From contig MU004243.1 in NCBI GenBank assembly GCA_010405405.1, positions 62,001 to 116,434 on the forward strand: a stretch of 54,434 bases of DNA. The letters run 5' to 3'. Under the pieces are notes generated by a model. The model did not search any database, was not told the origin of the DNA, and was given only the letters and a program-made list of their open reading frames with translations. Positions within the stretch are counted from its first letter, which is position 1; every line of letters starts with the position of its first letter. Below, in pieces: positions 1 through 11,818 of the stretch. The translations under genes were made by a program, and so were the position numbers. This DNA comes from Microthyrium microscopicum. Its lineage: Eukaryota.

Positions 1-919
1 TAGCTCTATCTTATTTAAGTTATATAGTAATAGAGGGTACTATGTCTCCTAGTTATTAGGATAAATACTAAACTATCTTCTATTATTCCTTTACGTAGCT
101 AATAGCTTCTTTTTAAAATCTAGAGGTACTTTTTAAATTCTTAGTATTTTTTTAGATAGTATTATTAACTTAGGTAAAATAGTTTAGACTTAGGATATAT
201 AATAAGCATAATAGTTTAGTAATAAGGCATAAGTAAAGCAAGAAAATATTATTATAAATCTTCTAATATCTTCTAATATCTTTTAAGATTATCTAGATCT
301 TATAAGAAGCAGCAACTTTATAAGGCTTATTAAAGATTTTACTAACGTTTTATAGACCTTAATTAATATATAGTACTAGAAGATTCTCTATATTTATTAA
401 CTATAAGCCTTTAAAAGTCTATATATATATTCTATAATAAGGAATTAAAAGACTAGGTAAGTAATAATATAGTAGCTAATAGAATAAAAAGAGAGTATAT
501 ACTACTATTAATAATAATAACCTAAAAATAATGTACTAAATTAAAATAAATATTAGTTTTAAATATATTTATATATATAAAATTATATATACTATAGTAG
601 TTATTTAGTAGTTACTAGTTAAAGATATGCTTACTAAAATATAAATACATTAAACGTTTTTAGGTATATAGAGAGGATTAGTTTAATTTTATAGTTTTAC
701 ATTAGTTCTAAATAAAAATAAATTTATTAAAAAGCTAGTTTCTAACTTTAGGTTTATATAGTCCTAATTTTAATCTATAGTACTATAAGAGTAATAGTGT
801 TAAGTTATTTATAAAAATAGCAAAATTGCGAAGTAAGTCGCTACAAAATTTTCCCAGTTGTCCTTAGACGCGACTACGTTGCAGCCAGCGGAGACTTGGC
901 GCGATCTGATTGGCTGAGA
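1..919. mobile_element. RIP-degraded repeat/transposon (right end only; family unresolved) abutting an SDR gene fragment
   Basis: 1-~830 is extremely AT-rich, TpA-rich and almost devoid of CpA/TpG. It grades into ~90 bp of GC-normal non-coding sequence ending ...GATTGGCTGAGA, then TA (920-921), after which SDR coding sequence starts abruptly. The exact boundary is inferred. Confidence 0.7.
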
Positions 920-921
920 TA

Positions 922-1233
922 ATGGTCCTGCAGCTGACGGCCTTTGTCGCCGCTGAGAATCCAAATGTCGCAGCGTTTGCTCTTCATCCAGGCGTTGTCC
1001 CAACGGATATGTTGGTGGATTCATTCAAGAAGTTTGCTTTGGATAAACCGGAACTGGTGGGTGGAACTGCTACTTGGCTAGCAACTGATCAGGCACGGTT
1101 TTTGACGGGAAGATTCATCAATAGTAATTGGAGTGTTGATGATCTATTGGCGCGGAAGGATGAAATTGGTGGTGGTGATCAGTTGAAGATTGCTCTGCAA
1201 GGAAAGTTCGGGGCCGAACAGTTTCAAAGTTGA
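922..1233 (+). pseudogene. 3' fragment of a short-chain dehydrogenase/reductase (SDR); 5' part displaced by the upstream element
   Basis: MVLQLTAFVAAENPNVAAFALHPGVVPTDM...DKPELVGGTATWLATDQARFLTGRFINSNWSVDDL is a typical SDR C-terminal third starting just after the YxxxK helix. No Rossmann or YxxxK motif is present upstream in the window. Confidence 0.8.
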
Positions 1234-2066
1234 AGATTGAATACAACAAATCCTACGTATATATGTTAGCTCTCAGTTCAGATTTTGATAATGAATTGTG
1301 GTTGAAATGTCGCGCATAGAGATGAGCTTGAGCCTCACATCACCCCCAAACACATCCATGGTGTTGATGCGACGAACCGCTGCTCTGTTCAACCAGATGC
1401 AATCAAGCAGCAATATAAATGCCAGAGCTGCTAGGGCTGTTAAGTCGTATTGGTATTGGTTGTTTGGACTGTTAAGCGTAGAAGCCCTTGTGCGTCGCTG
1501 TAAGCAGCCCATGTTTGATGTGTGATGTGATCTGCTCCTCCATCCCTATTTTGGCTTTTCTTGCTTGCAAATATTCAACAACGCCGCACCTGGACCAAAA
1601 AAGCAAAAACAAATACCATGTCAACCTCTCGAGTGTAGTTGGTGAAAAAGAGCCGCAGAAGCAGAAAAGACCCACTTGGATCAGATCGTCGGCAAAATAA
1701 CCAGATCTTGTGCCTGCTTCTACCCGCGAAGGCTCCACACCCCCATCATTCGAACCAGTTCTCGACACCCTCTTCCTCTTTGAGCTCCTGCATCATTCGT
1801 CGTCGCCTTGCATGTTCCTCAACACCAATTTCTCCTCCTTCGTCTCTTCCTGCCAGCTTCCTCTGCTCGACTCTTTCCCTGCACATCTCGGCCCAGGGCT
1901 GACTGCTGTGGACGCTTGTCAGACCCACACCAGGTCTGCCACGCCGTCCTGTGCATCTCCAAGTCAGCCATCCGTCTTCTCCATGGGCCAACTATCTCTC
2001 GACCAACTTGTTCTACCTAGCCCGTCCGAGTCCCTCTGGCATCCCCATTACGCTTCGAGCTCGCCC

Positions 2067-5000
2067 ATGGACCAGTACTCGTCCTTTGCCTCATCATGGC
2101 TGGGCTCTACTATCATTTGCGCTGCACTGGCTTGGTAACAACTGCCCACGTGCTCTCCATGACAAGCTACTTACGCATCAAACAGGATACTATACCGCGC
2201 AACACAAGTCCTTCTAAAACCGACCGACGAACTCATATCCCTCCTCGGCCTCGATGTTCCCGTTGCTCCCACACTTTCTCTCGCGGGTCTAAAAGCTGAT
2301 GGCTTTATATTACATTGGAAGGCATTGGATCAACGGAGTGTTGGCGTGAAGCATAATCTACTAGTCAATGGGGTCAATGGTGAGATATTTTTGGATAAGG
2401 CGACCAGTTCATGCTAACCAGTTCAAAGTTGGCGAGCTATCTTTACAGGACCCATCGATCGAAATTTGCGGCCTTCTTCCCGATCGAGGCTACGTTATTC
2501 GAGTCGCTGCTGTCAACGGATTGAACTTTTCGGATAACAGCGAACCTCTGCAAATACATACCAAACCTGCCTCGTCTCGCGATTTCTTTCGTGAAATCGG
2601 ACAAGATGGAAATGATGATCCAGTCTCTGGTATCAGCATACGACCATACAAAGCTCTTTTGGATACACTTAGTGGCTCACAGGCCCCTACGCCCATGCAG
2701 CGAGAGCATAGCGGTAGTTTATCGCAGAAGCGCAATGCTCCACGGCGCCAGACCCAATCCGCTCCCTCGATTATCGACCTACATTCGCATCCAATACCTA
2801 CTTTGCCTGAGTCTGAAGACTCAATACGAGAACTTACTGAGAAGCTGGATAGAATCCGAGCCGATACTGATCAGCATGAATCACAGATGAGATCCGAAGA
2901 AGAAAAATACCAAGCAGAGTATGAAACTCTAACGACTAGCCTGCAGGATATTCAACAACAACTTCAAGACAAGAGCAATGCAACTAGGAAGCTCAATCAA
3001 CAAGTTGCTGCACTAGTCACGGAGGAATCTACTGCCCGTAAAACAAAAGCTGCAATTGACAGGCAACTAGAGAAGGTCACTCATGAGCGGCAAAAAATGA
3101 AGGACGATATGGGTAGATGGGAAAAGGAGGCAATCGAAGCTGACGAACGAATTGCTCAATTGTCTAAGGAACAGGAAAAATATCAAGAGCATGCACAGAA
3201 AAAGATTGTCGACTTCAAGGAGAAGCTTGCTGCGGAATCAGCAAAGAACAAAACTATGGAGGATCATATTCGGCAGACAGTGGCACAAATCAAAGAGCTG
3301 GAAGAAGAAAAGAAGAAGGTGGATGGCGAGTATGATGATACGACCACGGGCGCCATGCCAAATGCAGATGAGGAAGAGTCTTTCAAGCAACGAATGCTTG
3401 AGCTTCAGTCTCGTTATTCATTACTATTCCATCAACAACAACAACTACGGACTGCATTGATTAACGATTCGCAGCTACTTGAAAGCTGGAAGCAGTACTA
3501 TGCAGCACAGAAGCAAGCCTATCAAGTGCCCCATATTGACATTGCTCCCCCAAGGAGAAATAGTGGTCGGCGACGAGCACCAAGCCTCAACAGCCAACGT
3601 CGACCATCATACCAAAACTACGAACCAGCCACTTCTGCAACGTATGGACAGACTGGTTTCAGCGGCATATCACCTTCCTTCCACACCATCTCGCCCTTCA
3701 TAAACATCACAAACGGCATGACTCTTCCTGCAGACAACATGACCATGTCGCCAGTTGACAGTGAGCAAATGCTTAGCAATGCTCCTACTAGTCCATCTGC
3801 CGTAACGACCCTATTGCCATCGGATTTACTTGGAGACGATGAATCTCGATTTGGGGATAGCGAGGCTCGCTCTCGATCTTTGTCTCTTAAGGATTCCCAT
3901 TCGGATCCCAATATCCTTCCCGGTCTTGGTGCTCTGGGAACTCTTGAGCACACAATGCAGGATCCAAGCTCACCAGTATCTCTAGCAAGTAGGTCACCTA
4001 GCACCTTTGCTAGCCCCCGAGAGAGTACCACCCATCTTCCGCATATGTCTGGTTCTGGTAGTTTCATGGACACGGACAGGCGCTCTGTTCGATCCAACAC
4101 CAACTCAGCGAGAGCCGTTAGTGGTGGTGTAGCTGGAACAAAGTTTGCCAATCTCTTCCATCTTGGCCGTCAGCGGAATAAGACTACGTCTGACGAAGGT
4201 CCATCGTTAGGAAGTTTGAAAGCAGCCGAAAGCCAGAGCCTCCCACGTGGTGACATTGTAGACCTAGGAGATCCAAATGGAAGCCCGACTAAGCGTCGTG
4301 GAAGCCATGCTGGCCAATCCTGGATGGGTCAGATGCTTGGTCGAGCCAATACTTCCGCCTCGGTCGAAGACAATCGTAAGAAGCGCTTTAACATGTTCGG
4401 AATGGGAGCAGCGCCTAGAAACGACCCGTGGGGTGACCGCGATTCTCCTCGACCAGCCTCTACATCTTCTGAAAACCACGCGCTCCCCCGACCATCCGCA
4501 GGTAGTCGCTTTGGCTGGCCCGTCTCTGGCGCGGATTCTTTCGGCTCTCAACGAAACAGCCATCTCGACACGGACTGGAGTCTCGCCAATCTGTCCAGCA
4601 ACTCCACCAGCTGGGCCACCCGTCTACACTCTCGCAACTCCAGCGCCCAATACCCACACCTCCTTGACGACACTCTCGAAACTCCAGAAACCCTGGCCCT
4701 TCCACCTCAAGCACCCATTGGCACCCGCCCAAAATCATCTTCCCACGCACCCTCCAAATCCTCATCCCTTAACCAATCTGCATCCGCCGCCGCGACAAAC
4801 CTCAAACTCAATCCCAACGCGCCAGCCTTCAAGACCTTCTTCGGCCGCGTCTCTACAGAAAAGAACCCTGCCAGTCAGAAAGGCCACTCGACCGCCAACA
4901 GCATTGATGGTGCCGACCCACGCGCTTCCCGCGACACCCTCTCGACTGCCGACTACGACTACGACGCCTCCGTAGACGCACGCGAATCTCTCGACCGTAG

Positions 5001-5397
5001 TGTATCCTCCGCCGCGCCCAGCGATGCCACACCCCGCGAATCCTTCATGCAGAAGCTCTCGCGTAAAAGCTCCGCAGGCTTCAGCACGATCGCTGGACTA
5101 CGCGGTAGCGCCAAGAAGGCCCGTGAAGCGAGCGCACAGGAAGTCAGTGAGGCGACGGCAGAGACGGACGAGGAGAGCGCAACGCCTGGGCGTACACCGT
5201 TGGTGACTGTGTTGCCGGACGATAAGAGTGGTGGACTGGTTAGTCCGGGCATGGGAAGAGGTTTCAGTTTGCGCAGTTTGAGACGGCGGAAGGGAGATAA
5301 AGCTACTGCGGATCCAATGGAGGCTGACGGAGAAGATGGTGAGGATGGGCTGGAGGAACAGGTTGTTGGACGCGGGAAGGAGAAGAAGACTGCGTAG
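2067..5397 (+). CDS. Fibronectin type III domain / coiled-coil protein with N-terminal hydrophobic anchor
   Basis: Spliced model: ATG 2067 (an in-frame ATG at 1983 is also possible), introns 2135-2185 and 2380-2428. This gives ...IICAALAW/ILYRATQVLLKPTDELISLLGLDVP...LHWK...VNGVN/VGEL...ICGLLPDRGYVIRVAAVN (FN3-like), a long coiled coil and a Ser-rich disordered tail, ending with ORF 2368-5397. Confidence 0.8.
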
Positions 5398-8300
5398 GGA
5401 CAATAGGATTGGTCGGAAGTAGGCTGGTGTCGTTATGTGCTCGATGCTGGTGGGCTTTTCGACTATATGATCGTTGTGGATAATAGAAATATACTCCTGC
5501 AACAAGATGCTGTTTTTGATGCACTGGATGCGATATATGATATATCGCAAAAACGCGGCGGGAAAAGCTCTACTCTGCTATTACCTCATAAGCTTAGAGT
5601 GTTCTTCTGCTAACAAATATCATATCTAGAGTTCCATCTACTGAACAGTAGTATCAGAATCACAAGAGTGTTTCCATAGGAAACATCACTGACAGAAGAT
5701 ACGCAAACAGCCGCATCAAAGCATCAAAACCAATATCACTATGTATCATTTAAGCAGTTTTTACTTTAAACAATGCTACAATCTCAGATCCCGTCGAAGC
5801 AATCAACCATAACACAAAAATCTCGTCCAACCATCACCCCACACCGCTAAATACCTCCCATACGCCACTCAAGTAACACAGTAACACAACATCTTGTTCT
5901 CTCACCAGGGGACTTGCCCCGCGTCGACTTCGCATGCTGGAGGGAAATCCAAGACGACAAGCGCCACGAGTCCGTGGTGACGATCAAACAAGATCCCATC
6001 CCCAGCATGACCCTCCAGAGATCTAGGGTGCCAGCAAAGCTGCTTTGTTAGGCAAGCAGAAAGAATGAGCAAGTAGTGAGTGAGCCGTAGGAACTGCGGA
6101 CGGGTGCCTTGTGATATAATTATTGGGGCTGATGAAGACGATAGAGCAATAGGTGCAAGGCTGAGAATGGGGGCTATGGGCGACTTTCTGAGGGAGATAA
6201 TGGGGCAGTATGGTTGAAGATGGGGGAGAACATGGCGAGGCGAATGGAATGAAATTGATTACGTGGACTTTGATACGAATCGAACTGAGAGTAAGGCTAT
6301 ATCGTGATATATGCGCAAAGTATTGATAGGTACTGCTTCTCAGGTAGTGCAAAGCAGGCTGAAGAAACGTAAGTCGTTGGAAGGCGAATGATAAGTACGA
6401 TACTACGACCATGGACAATCGCGTTTCTGGCATTCAAAGTCTTCAGCCCATAGGATTGAATGTTTGCTATACCTTTGTCAAACTGCCTGCAAGATGTAGC
6501 ATTGTAGAGAGGTCACCAGCGGTTGTCTGGGTAGCAAATGGGCAGTCGGTTAAATGCTTAAAAGGGCAAACAGATACAAAAGCAGCTGGTCCTACTGCTG
6601 CGCCTACCCGAAGCGGCATGAGCCTTTGGCCGAAGAAGCTGGGATGCAACCGGATGCGCCGACAGTCTGGGAGGGCATGCAGAAGGATCGGATACAGCAT
6701 ACAGGGCCTGAAGGAGGGGGGCCATGGGCGAACTTGTCTTTAACGCTTGTTGGGCGATACTTGCTAGGCGAGGAGAGTGGATATCTCTTTACTTCTCCTC
6801 CATACTGCTACGGTACTCGGTACTTCGTACGCTGGAGTGGAGTTATGGTTCTGCGGGGCAGACGTGGCTTTCGAGTACAGGATGAAGTGTTTGTTTTATT
6901 CATGTTCACTGTCGGTTGCCATGGATTGTAAGCATGGTTTCGACGCCAAACGACTCTCCAGAGACCAGATGATGGGACTGGAAAGGATACTTGTCGAAAA
7001 GTGTTTGTTGGTCGTTGAGTTGTTTGGTGAACGATTGGATATGAGTTATTCCCAACCCCGCGCGCCTCCGCCTGGCTGGGCTGGACTTGTCGAGTGCCAT
7101 CCAATTGAGATCGATATCATAGCGGACATTGCGCTTGATCAGTGGGGGCATTTGTTGCGATTGAGTTGCTCGTCAAACACTGGTGCTGGTTGCCGGTCAT
7201 CCTTTAGAACTGTCAGTCGGTCAGCGATTTTGGGGATAACCCTGCTAGAAGCCTTGAATGAATGCGGGGGCTAAGGATGTCCATGGTTCATGAAGGATTT
7301 GATGGGAAAACAGTTCAAACAGCGGACCGATGCGCAAAAGAACCAATTGTTTTGCTTTTGCTCGTTTGCTTTCTAATTGTGGAGTTAATCGGGCTGGCAG
7401 TGGAGGAGAAGGTTGGGAGACATCAAGCAAGACATGTACAAGTACATCCACACCTGCCGACTGAACACGCAAGGGCTGGAGAGGATTTGAATGCGTTCAA
7501 GCATGACTAAGTCACTAAGAGAGAAGGAGTTGATGCCCAGGCCATGACCGGCATAGTGGACGCGCTGGCGAGGCACCGTCGTGTTTTTGATAATGCAGCC
7601 GGCCTGCAGGTCTTCACCGTGAGCGGAGCAGATAGAGGGGCTATGGAGCACGGCGGGTTATCCGATTCAGCCGTGCAGAAAGCACAGCATATGAATACCG
7701 TAGCATCTCTTGATGATCTGATGAATGGACTTCATTGTTGGCTGTGGGATAAAAGACAACTCCGGGACACAGGAAAGCCGAAGGCGATGGCTACCTTTCT
7801 GAGTGAATAATGACGGCACTACTGGACGATCCATAGGAGTTGAGGATGGAGAACGGATGGCAACTCTGAATTTGGCAAGGCTGCGCCACGGATTGTTGAC
7901 GTGGGAGACTTCAGCAGACTCGACAATACGATGAGAGTGGTCGGCGAACATTTGAAGTCGCTCGCTACATTATGCGATAAAGTGCTGGCACTGAAATGGG
8001 GAGGATTTTGAGAATAGTATGACCTGATCAAGTGCAGTTTAACCGAGGCCTCGGACACTACTTTTACCCCAGCCTTCGAGTTCCTTCGTGTCTCATGTTT
8101 GGTCAATCGCACCGCCAGCGGCTTACTCGGCAGTGGCCAAACTTTTGCGATAGAAAGTCGATGATGAACAGCTTGAAATAGCAAAGCTGAAGGGGGTATA
8201 CGAGGCAGCCGGCGGAAGATCTTTGCGGTGGCAAGGCAACATGAGCCTTGGTACGGAGTATAGCGAGTCGTAGAGAATTATACTTGATAGAGTATCGTGA

Positions 8301-9191
8301 GAAGCAACCAACCGCAGTACATCTAGGCGCAGTATTTTGTTTTTGATACTAGGTTATGGAGGCGTGTAAAGCCCCAGCGCACCCCGCAAAGCCCCCAAGT
8401 ATGTCCCCGCTCAAAACTGTACCGGCGTTCCCAAAGGCTTACGGCGTACAGGTATGTTGGTGATGCACTGATGTGTGTGTCTGCTGTGTGTGTGTCTGCT
8501 TGCTCTGCATAATCCACTGCACCCACCAGTACATAGAGACCCCCGCCCCCTCCCACGCAAGGCTTAATACTCTGAGAATACCTCTTACTACTACTCCAGG
8601 CCAAGAGAAGAATAGACAGTTAAGACTGCTGTGTACTTGGTACTTTGTGCTACCGCCAACCAAGTCCTCCTCCCCTCATACTCCCACCCTATCTATCCAC
8701 CCATTCCACCCTATGCAGAGTCCCCCAGTAGTCCCAGTACGCTTTTGTCCTCTTGACTTAGCTTGACGACCGTACTACTGTACTTAGACAACCATCTTTG
8801 ATTCATTCATTCATCCAGGCCTGGCCTTCAACCTTGTCTACACCCGCCCGCACTTTACAGGGCCCCCAACTCAAATCTCCCTCCAAATCCATCATCTCCC
8901 CCCAAAGCCCTTGCGAACCTGCGACTCTCACTTCGCTCCTCCCTCGTTGCCTCATCATCGTCCAGCGTCCTTCCCTCTAGGGCCTGACCTGTGTTTGGCA
9001 CCTGTGCTCTCAGTGCTATTCTGGGACATGCACCCTCACTATTTCAAGTCGTGATGCCCTTACAAACATTTGTTTGAGGCCTTGCACCCCGAACCTTTCC
9101 TCAGCCTACCGGCCACGAGTTACAACTTGACATCGGTACCTCCCGTACCATCTGGAACGCTGACAACTTCGAAACTGCAGCACATGAAATA

Positions 9192-10397
9192 ATGGCTGCT
9201 GTTCTGCCTCCAAACACCAACTGGCCTCCGCACTCGCACCCTTCTCTCCACAGACGTACCCAGTCCCATTCGTCCTCCGTGGTTTCCTTCCAGGAAAAGG
9301 TCGATCAACACGACACGGAGCAGCTCCCGGTCCTGAGCCACTCTATCAAGATAAAACCGTACCTGCGTAAACTCTCCCTGCGCGACAACAATTCCAACAA
9401 TCTTGACCTTTCTCGTCCAACCGCTGAAAACGAAAGCCTGGCTGGTCTGGGCTATTACGACGAATCGAGGTCTGGTTCTGAACTTGCGTTTACTCCCATT
9501 GTCACTACAGCCTCTAGGTCGCGGCATCAACGCTCCGCTAGCAACACCTCAACCTTCTCCACCTCTAGTAGTCAAAGGCCATCTGTTCCAACGCCTTTCA
9601 AACATACACCTCGTCCATATACACCGCCTATCGCCGCAACTCGATCATATACTGCGTCTTCTTTACTCAGTTCGTCTGATTCCGTAGAGGCAGAGGACAT
9701 CATGGCGGACGAAGATTTTCGATTCCGCCAAAGGGCGTTTGAACATACCACCCGGCGGTCAGGTTCCATAGGGTCACTTCCAGCAGTACCCCAAACAATT
9801 CACATGCATTCTAGCTCTTCACTTACTAGGCTGAATGGCTCAAATATTTCACAGTCCAGTTTGCCTTCTGTACCTACTTCAAGATCTCGTGGCGACACAA
9901 TGCGCTCTGTGGACAGCTCGCGCGGTTCAATGGACAAGGCAATGCACATTTTCCGTGGTGGAAAAGACGAGCCTCTTGACCCCGCTACACGCGCGGCGAA
10001 TATTATGGCTGCAAGAATAGCATACGCTGAACGGGAAGAAGCAAAGGAGCGCAAGGCTGAGAAAGAATATCTGAGACAGCAAAACCGCCGCCGTAACCAC
10101 GAGCGCCCTCCTCGTGGCAGGTCTGAGAGCGCCACCACTGGTTCATCTAGCCAAAACGAGAAGATGCAGTTTGTTGGCAAGTCATATGATGAGTATACTC
10201 CTGCTCATAGTCGCACACTTCCTAAACATGTGCCTACGACTACAACTTCAGCCGCAACCAATGTCCAGAACATTCGCTCCGGCAGATCAGCGCAACCGGG
10301 GAAGAGCAAGACCTTGAAGAGTCGATGGCTTGGTTTTATGGCGTGGCTAAAGACTCGTTTGCTCAGATTGGGCAAGAAGATGAGCGGAGGACGCTAA
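9192..10397 (+). CDS. Hypothetical Ser/Arg-rich fungal protein (401 aa)
   Basis: Long intronless ATG-initiated ORF with a pyrimidine-rich leader, a charged helix (REEAKERKAEKE) and an amphipathic C-terminus (WLGFMAWLKTRLLRL). No recognisable domain. Confidence 0.75.
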   Translation: MAAVLPPNTNWPPHSHPSLHRRTQSHSSSVVSFQEKVDQHDTEQLPVLSHSIKIKPYLRKLSLRDNNSNNLDLSRPTAENESLAGLGYYDESRSGSELAFTPIVTTASRSRHQRSASNTSTFSTSSSQRPSVPTPFKHTPRPYTPPIAATRSYTASSLLSSSDSVEAEDIMADEDFRFRQRAFEHTTRRSGSIGSLPAVPQTIHMHSSSSLTRLNGSNISQSSLPSVPTSRSRGDTMRSVDSSRGSMDKAMHIFRGGKDEPLDPATRAANIMAARIAYAEREEAKERKAEKEYLRQQNRRRNHERPPRGRSESATTGSSSQNEKMQFVGKSYDEYTPAHSRTLPKHVPTTTTSAATNVQNIRSGRSAQPGKSKTLKSRWLGFMAWLKTRLLRLGKKMSGGR

Positions 10398-11818
10398 GTC
10401 TTTACGAAACAATTTGGTACACATCAGTCAACCATTGTCGTATCTACGATACCATGAGCCAAGTCCCCTTTGCTCCAATACGATTACAAGGAAGTGATCC
10501 GACTTCCGAACATCAACCCAAAAACCACCTTCTTCCATGAACAAAACAACATGGACCCATTGTTGATACCATGACGTATCGATTTTCCGACATTGGATTC
10601 GCAGCCGATACCCCGGAACAAATTGCTCCGGTCACGGTTTGCAGGCATTCTCACTTCATACCGTTATATTTGCAACGGAAGTGAGCAACCCGGGATATCC
10701 CATTTTCTTTCCGAAGTTAGACATGCTCTGAATAGCACTCTGGAGTTTTTCCATACATGGCCTCTTACAGTCATTGGCATATACCACCCCCCCTTAAACA
10801 CCCTCCTGGACGAGATCGTGTAGGAGAACAATGATGATTCAAAACGACACCCATTTTACGACCCAAAGATACGAGTTACGTGTCTACCTTCTACAAATTT
10901 TTCCCCATACTGCGTCAATTCATGTCGCGGGTCATTGGCACACCATTCCACTTATCACTCATGATCCTGATTTATATGTCGATGCTCACGAGTATTGCAA
11001 TGTTGATGAGCATTCACTTTTCCCATTTTCGGCACGAATCATTTTTGCGAAACCATTTTCTTGTTGAAATTATACCCCTCGGATACCGAGTCTTGTGCCA
11101 GCAGCCATCGAGCTAGCAAAGCACAACGGGATGCTTTTTGTTGTTTGATTGTTTTGAAGGCATTGCAACAGGAGCAGCATTTTTATTTGTTTTACTGACT
11201 TTCATTATTTACTCTACTTTTGCATATCTATTCAAGATCCATCGGGATACAACTTGGGCATGCGGGAATGATACCTGGCCATAGGCAGGCTTACTTTAGA
11301 CTTCTTATCTTTGAGAAATACCACAAGATTGCCATTTTATTGAATGAAGGTTGCCATCTTGGGACTAAGTGCTGAAGATGTGACATTGTGGTAATTATTG
11401 AAGATTTGGCTCATGATTCATATTTTTCCTATATAACAATGAGGCAGCCCAAACTACATAACAACTAGTGAAGAATAAAGACGTGCAGCAGTCTCATGTC
11501 CTCAAAAACCTGGAGAACAGGACACAGCATCCGAGCATAAAAGCCGCCTGGACTCGTGTGGCCAATCCAATGCCTACCAATTTTCCTGACGATTGAACCT
11601 CGTCAGTTTCAACTTAAACCACGGCTCTCCCAATTGCGCATGAATTTGGCCTCAGTGAAGAACAAACAGTAGCGACAGACTTTTGATGACTAGGATGAAA
11701 GTCCCGAAACTGTCCAACAATCTCGTTCGATGGACATCGGAAGGCCGCCGTTCACTCGCGAGTATGATACAATAGAATAGTCGAGTCTACGCCGTAGCGG
11801 TTAGAGGAGGTGTAGCGT

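Noticed and set aside
8472..8500. Short (TG)n-CTGCT duplicated microsatellite
   Set aside because: Ordinary low-complexity sequence.
6023..8980. Many 60-165 aa ORFs on both strands
   Set aside because: No recognisable motifs or consistent splice model. Treated as intergenic/upstream region, although a diverged gene cannot be excluded.
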